Source: the human T2T-CHM13v2.0 reference genome, Homo sapiens. From it: a stretch of DNA of 64,000 nucleotides. Below are positions 56,666-64,000 of this stretch, in pieces; within the stretch, counting starts at the first letter, position 1; every line of letters starts with the position of its first letter. Location of the stretch: assembly GCF_009914755.1 (NCBI RefSeq), contig NC_060930.1; one strand, 5' to 3'. Both the position numbers and the translations under genes were made by a program. A model generated the notes under the pieces. The model worked only from the letters and a program-made list of their open reading frames with translations. It did not search any database and was not told the origin of the DNA.

Positions 56666-58224
56666 CCCAAATTAGTATTCATGGAAAAATTTAAAAGAGT
56701 ATTGTACTTATCAAGCAGCTTTGGAAGAGCTTCTAAATACCCATGAGAATTTGCAGACCTTTCAGTGGAGAAGAGCTCTGTTGTGATCTAAGTGATCTAA
56801 GCAGCAGACCTGGATGCAGACAGCCTCTGGTTTTTCACAGTGTGAAGTTGGGATTACTCACTCTTCCTGTTATTTTCCGATCCTTTCCTACTTTCTGCTC
56901 TGTTTTCTAAAGACTTTCCAGTTTTCACTGTAATCCAACTTATTTCTATTTTGGGGCAAGCATGAGCATGTGTTCAGTTCTCCAATTTGGGAGCATCAGT
57001 TAATTTTCAAAATGTGTGTCTTTAGTGCATGATTTGGGAAATTTCTTCTGTGGGCTATTTTTATTGTTCTCCTTTATCAGCTGATGGTATCCCAGAATCT
57101 GAGAGTTGGTAAGAGCTGGTTTTGTAACCAATCTTGCACAATCATCTAGCCCTCTGCCTGCCTGTCAGATATCTGAGTCCATGGAAAGAAACTACAGTCA
57201 TTATATTCAGAATTGTAAGTCCCTCCATATCCAGAAAACTTTCTAATGAACACCTGGCATTCCACAGATTATAGCGTGAGAGTCTTGGAAGAGATTGAAC
57301 TTCTTCAAGGATTATTTTTTCTTGAACATTAGTTTCTTCCTAACGCATTCCTAAAATTTGATGCTCTTTTATTCTTAAACATTTCCAGGGAAGAAAAATT
57401 TACTGCATGCTCTGGCTTGGTTTTAATGCTTGACAACCCTTGAAATCAGAAAGTTACATGAAACCTAGACTTTTGCTGCAGTCTATGCCTGACCTCACTT
57501 TTTTGGTCTTAACTGGAGCCTGAATATCAATTACCCATGCATTAGATACAACCCATTTGTATGGAGCTCTAGGGGGTGAAAAATTCTGGCATGGGCCATT
57601 CTGTTTGACCTCCTCTCTGGGAATGAAAATGACCTTCTGCTCCTATCTCCTGTGCTGCACCATACGGGCCACCTGCTCTGATCTGTTTTGCCTCCCTGTG
57701 TTCCCTGGACACGCACATCTTGCTTGTTCCTCTCTCTGCTCTGTGCATGCTGTGTCCCCATCTGGCATACCCCACATCTTTCTCTCACCACCAGAAGGTA
57801 AACTCCAGGAGCCGACAAGCAAGGACTTTGTCTCTTTTGCTCACAGCTGTATCACGAGGTGTGTCACAGCCATATCACTCAGAGCGTATGCCTGGAACCG
57901 TGTCAGACATGCCACACACACTGGATAAGTGACATTTAATAATTGATATTCAAATTCTACCCAACATCAAGGCCTTTGCCCAAGGAAATAGAACAGCATA
58001 AACCATCATTCATGCAACAAAACTGCTGTCTACACCACCAATGAGTGTCTACAACAAGTCCAATACTGCTCCTATATTTGCAGTGACAAGAAGATGGAGT
58101 TGACTCCTCATCCACAGTACATGTTTTTGTTAGGTAAAGAATGAGCTGCCTACAATTGTTGATGAGTGAAAATATTGTGTCTCAATAACACATTAAGTTA
58201 ATGTCCAATTCCAGACCCAGATCA

Positions 58225-58480
58225 CAATAAGATAATAGATACCATTTATTGAGAGTTTAGTATAGTGTGCCAGGCACTATTCTAAGGGCTTTATAAATCT
58301 CAACTCAATAATTCTCTTTACCATTCCATGTGTTAGATATGGTCATTATCCCTATCTTACAAGTAATGATACAGAGGAACAGAGAGATTAAGTAACTTGC
58401 CCAAGGTCACACAGTTAGCAGAGCCAGGATTGAGACTTAGGTAGGTCTGGAGCTTTAATTTCTATGCCACGCTACTGTTC
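58225..58480 (-). mobile_element. MIR
   Basis: CATTTATTGAG...TGCCAGGCACT...AAGTAACTTGCCCAAGGTCACACAG. Confidence 0.85.
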
Positions 58481-59203
58481 TCTTTGCCACATCGCTTGAC
58501 TTTAGGTCTCGTGTTCCTAACCTCTACTTTCTCCTGATGGGGACCACCTTCCATACTACGGGAATGCGACCTCCCTCTGCTAAACACAAACACTGGCACT
58601 AAGATTCGGAAACTCACAGTCAACTGTTTCCTTTCTCAACCCACACTCGGCCTCCTCAAGGCTCGCGTTCTTTAACTACTTTCTGTTATTTATGAACACA
58701 TCTGTCTCCCCATTACACAACAAGTGACTTTGAGGACAGCAAATGTGACTTACTCATCTCCCCCACTCCCTCCCTCCACATTCCAGAACACGGTACAGTG
58801 CTCTGCATATAATAGGAATTTAGTAAGCATTTGTTTAATAAATATGTTTAGGGAATTTTTCCTGTTCTTTTCTTTTAAAGCCAAAACTACTCACAAGGGT
58901 TAAAAATGTTAAACCTCATCTGTCACCTCTGAGATGGACTGTAGGGAAAACGAATAAACAGTCCACTCCAGCTGCAGGAACCTAGGCCCCAAGGAGCATC
59001 CAGAAAGCCCTCAAACCTGAAGACTAAGCAGTCTGTAACACATGAGGCCATTTATTAAGTCAGCAGTGGCCAGTGAATGAAAGGTTGTATTTTCAGAGAA
59101 GAATGAACTATAACTTCAGAAGACAGCTTCCTTTGTGGAGGTCTTAACACAGTAAGCAATATTTTGTGGCTTTTTTGGTAACAGTTCTTATCTGAGAATG
59201 TCT

Positions 59204-59730
59204 GTGGTAGATTAAAGATGGCCACAGATGCTTTGCTACTGTTTCCTTTGAGCAGTAGAATCTAACTCCCCTCTTCTTGATTCTGGGCTGGGCTTAGCGA
59301 CTTGCTGGACCAATCAAATGCAGAGCAAGTGACACTTCATGGCTTCCACGTCGAAGTCAGAAGAAGCCATTGGCTTCCACCTTGGCCTCTGGGCACACTC
59401 ACTCTTGAAACCCAGCCATTGTGCTGTGAGGAAGCCCAGGGAGCCATGGAGAGGCCAACACGGAGAGGAATCATGGCCTCTGGGAGACAGCCACAGCTGG
59501 GGTCCCAGCCGATAGCCAGCAGGGATTTGCCAGCCATGAGAGTAAATGGTCTTGGAGTGGATCCTCCAGCCCAGCCCAGCTCCGCCAGCTGATGCACCTG
59601 GAGCAGAGATGGGCCATCCCACCAAGGCCTTCCCCAGTTCCCGACTCAAAAAAAAAAAAAAAAAAAAAAAGAAACTGAACAAAATGAAGTCATTTTAAGT
59701 CACAAGCTTAAAACAGCAATAATGCTGAAA
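59204..59730 (+). mobile_element. MaLR LTR (MLT1F/G-like)
   Basis: TGTGGTAGATTAAAGATGGCCAC...CCAGCCATTGTGCTGTGAGGAAGCCCAG. Confidence 0.85.
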
Positions 59731-60996
59731 CCAGCACAATGAGAAACAGCCCATCAAAAAGCTCTTCACTTTATAGGTGATTTTCCCCAAACATACCCAT
59801 TGGATTACATATTTGACCTGCCTTTACCTCTTGAGTCGTGGTGTTTTAGAAAGAAACTGTTCACTTCATAGGTCAAAACTATGTCAAAGAAAGACATGGA
59901 AAAAAAGAAACCCTGTGGCTCTGCTATTCTAAACTGAAATTGTAAGGGAATTAACATGTGGCAGTCTGCTCTGAAAAAATTCAACACATAATCCCATGAT
60001 TGATTTAAATCCAGATTTATGATATTAAGAAAATCTAAGCCTTTAACTAGATCAAACAGTTACTAGATCAATTATTTCAAAGAAATGTTAGACCGCTGGT
60101 ATAAGGCCACCCTGATGATAAAATAGGCAAAATAAAAATAGCTTCCCACCTCTAACCCTCAAAGCCTACCATTAATGGTTGATTCACTTGTCTTTATAAG
60201 ATCCTCTTTTAAAATGCAAATATTCTGAAGGTTCGTGCATTAACAGTTAATGCAGCCTTCAGTTATTCACAAGCTAGACTGAGTTACAGAATTCCAGTTC
60301 ACTGTGTAGAGGTGGGGGAAATGGAGTGGTTCTTGGTGAGCAGCTGGTAGCCAGCAAGGGAACATGTCACCTGGGAGGGAGGGGAGAAAGCTTGGGAGGC
60401 AGCAAGGTGTGCAAACAGTTAGGTGGGAAGCATCTAAAATTTTCTTCTACTTTGCTGGCTTCCTTTAGGCTGACCAAGCTACTGGGACTTACGAGAGCTT
60501 TTGAAAAATACAAGGCTAGAAAGGGTTAAACAAGACAGCCAGCAGTACTGAGTCGTTCCTTCCAATTAATAACTCTGTAGGGTCTTATAGTATTTTGCCT
60601 CTTCCCAATTTCACCTCCTTGCTGACCCCTACAACTGGTAGGATCCCCCGCCAGTGCTCTTTGAAATTGAGTTTGCTTGACCTCTTGAGTGACTGTGATT
60701 CTCAGCTGAATGGGATATTCCTGTCTTTGTTCTCCCCATGTGGCCTCAAATGCTCCTGGCCTTATAGCTTGTCAGCTCATTATCAGGGTGTTCATAGAAC
60801 AGTTAGAAACCCTAAAGCAAGATAGTTAAACAGGTATTTTCCTCAGGGCCCACAGAAGCTCTCTGCTACACACTGACTAGGGAAGTCCCCATCACTGGCC
60901 ATGTCCTTTGAGGACACAGAGGAAAAGTACCCAGTTGCTTTCACATAGTAGTTCACCGAGATTAATATTTACCTGGTTCAAATCCTTTCCTCATTA

Positions 60997-62290
<1,294 letters not shown>

Positions 62291-62499
62291 TACTTTCCTC
62301 ATTGATTGTTTCATTTCTTCATATGGCTAATTAGTCACAGAGAAAAGATTATTCTCCTCTGCTGTGCCCAACCCCATACACTTCATGCAGGTCTTTCTTC
62401 AAACGGGGGACCATTATACTGGTGTCCATCTCTTTGAAGAAAAGGAGAGGGAAAATCTGGAGTTTGAGGCTCTGTTTCTTATCATAGTCTTTTTCATCT

Positions 62500-62890
62500 T
62501 TTAATTTTTGTTCAACCTTATCTACTATGGCAGAAACTACCAATACCTGAGTTTTCCTTTTGGAGGCACACAATTAGACATATTTCCCATCCTGTGGCAT
62601 CTATGTGAGACTACAGAACTGATTCCTATCAACGTGACACATCTCAGGGAGGCAAGGTGTGTTACTTGGAGGGCTAGGTGTGTCTGCTATGCTCTCTCAG
62701 TCTTTCTTTATACATCTCATAAATGTAGAGAACTCTGACATACAGTCACAAGTTGACAGATGCCTGGATCCCTGAATGATTGCATGAGCAGAGCTCTACA
62801 TCGACCACACTGAAATGTGACTTGACCGGGAACTTTTTTATGTTACGTTACATTGTTTGTTTTAGCAATCAAGTCTACCCTGACTCATAA
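62500..62890 (+). mobile_element. MaLR LTR (MLT1J-like)
   Basis: CCTGGATCCCTGAATGATTGCATGAGCAGAG...CTACCCTGACT. Confidence 0.55.
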
Positions 62891-63217
62891 TTGCCAGCTT
62901 TTTCTCTTCTCCTTTCTTATTCTCTCTGGCCAAATGTTTGCTTGGTACTCTGTTCCTGAGTCATTTCTTGAATCTTCAACTGACTAACTCACCAGAGGTT
63001 ACTTGTCAATGGCCCTAGCTCTTCAAAGACAGGGCAGGTATACTGTTCACCTTTGCACCTCTATTGTCATTCATGCAGTAGGTTCAATAAATAAATGTGT
63101 AAGGTGCTATTCATAAGATGTTGCTAAAATGGGTCCTTCTTCTCGAGGTTCTTACCTCAAATTGAGGAGACAAGATATATACATATGTAAGGTAGTATAT
63201 GAAAAGTGCCAGTGGTT

Positions 63218-63605
63218 CATATACACCGTGAAATATTGTGCAGCCATAAAAAAGGATGAGTTCATGTCCTTTGCAGGGACATGGATGCAGCTGGAAACCA
63301 TCATTCTGAGCAAACTATCACAAGGACAGAAAACCAAACACCTCATGATCTCACTCATAGGTAGGAATTGAACAATGAGAACACTTGGACACAGGGCGGT
63401 GAACATCACACACCAGGGCCTGTCGTGGGGTGGGGGTCTAGGGGAGGGATAGCATTAGGAGAAATACCTAATGTAAATGATGAGTTAATGGGTGCAGCAA
63501 ACCAACGTGGCACATGTATACCTATGTAACTAACCTGCACGTTGTGCACATGTACCCTAGAACTTAAAGTATAATTAAAAAAAAAAAAAGAAAGAAAAGA
63601 AAAAA
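63218..63605 (+). mobile_element. 5'-truncated L1PA 3' end with TSD GAAAAGTGCCA(G/A)TGGTT
   Basis: GATGAGTTCATGTCCTTTGCAGGGACATGG...TGTACCCTAGAACTTAAAGTATAAT plus A tail; TSD at 63201 and 63606. Confidence 0.95.
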
Positions 63606-64000
63606 GAAAAGTGCCAATGGTTTGTTCAGAAAATAACTGCAGCTGGGGATCAGAAGAGGAAGCTAATATACAGCCTACTGTAGTTAAGGAAGTGTTCACA
63701 TCAGGGAGGAGAAGTGAGCTAAGCTTTGAAGGGCAAGTAGGATTCTAAGAGGTGGAGGAGATGAGAGAAATCACAGGAAAAGAGAAAGAGGAGGCATCTC
63801 TAGAGTTGCCCAGTGACATAAGCACAATTAAAACTTGGTTGTGCACATCATTCTTCCACAAGTGAGGTCCTAACCCAGTTGACTAATCAATAAAATTATA
63901 CTTATCTGCTCCTGGCATATTATACTTTCATGTACATCTTTGGAACAGTTCTCCTGATCTCTCCCTATATGAGATATATAAATAAGTGCTCATTATTGAT

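Overview
Primate (human-like) genomic DNA with no recognisable protein-coding gene, RNA gene, CpG island or CRISPR array. It reads as intergenic or deep-intronic sequence, heavily occupied by interspersed repeats: about 25 Alu/FRAM/FAM copies, L1 fragments, MIR/L2/L3, MaLR and ERV solo LTRs, and DNA-transposon MITEs. The supplied ORFs are explained by Alu/L1/simple-repeat translation or chance. I see no evidence of a new multi-gene system. The best signals are rearrangement fossils: (1) a ~1.57 kb mRNA 3'-end retrocopy at 32261-33832 with a 15-bp TSD, AATAAA and a twin-priming 5' inversion, inserted into a MIR; (2) a fold-back plus a 56-bp inverted templated insertion inside an AluJ, copied from 1.4 kb downstream; (3) a fold-back duplication in a MIR; (4) a ~320-bp GAA/TTC tract with 26 pure repeats grown from an Alu tail. 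Subfamily names come from remembered consensus sequences and need RepeatMasker/Dfam confirmation. Boundaries of old repeats are approximate.
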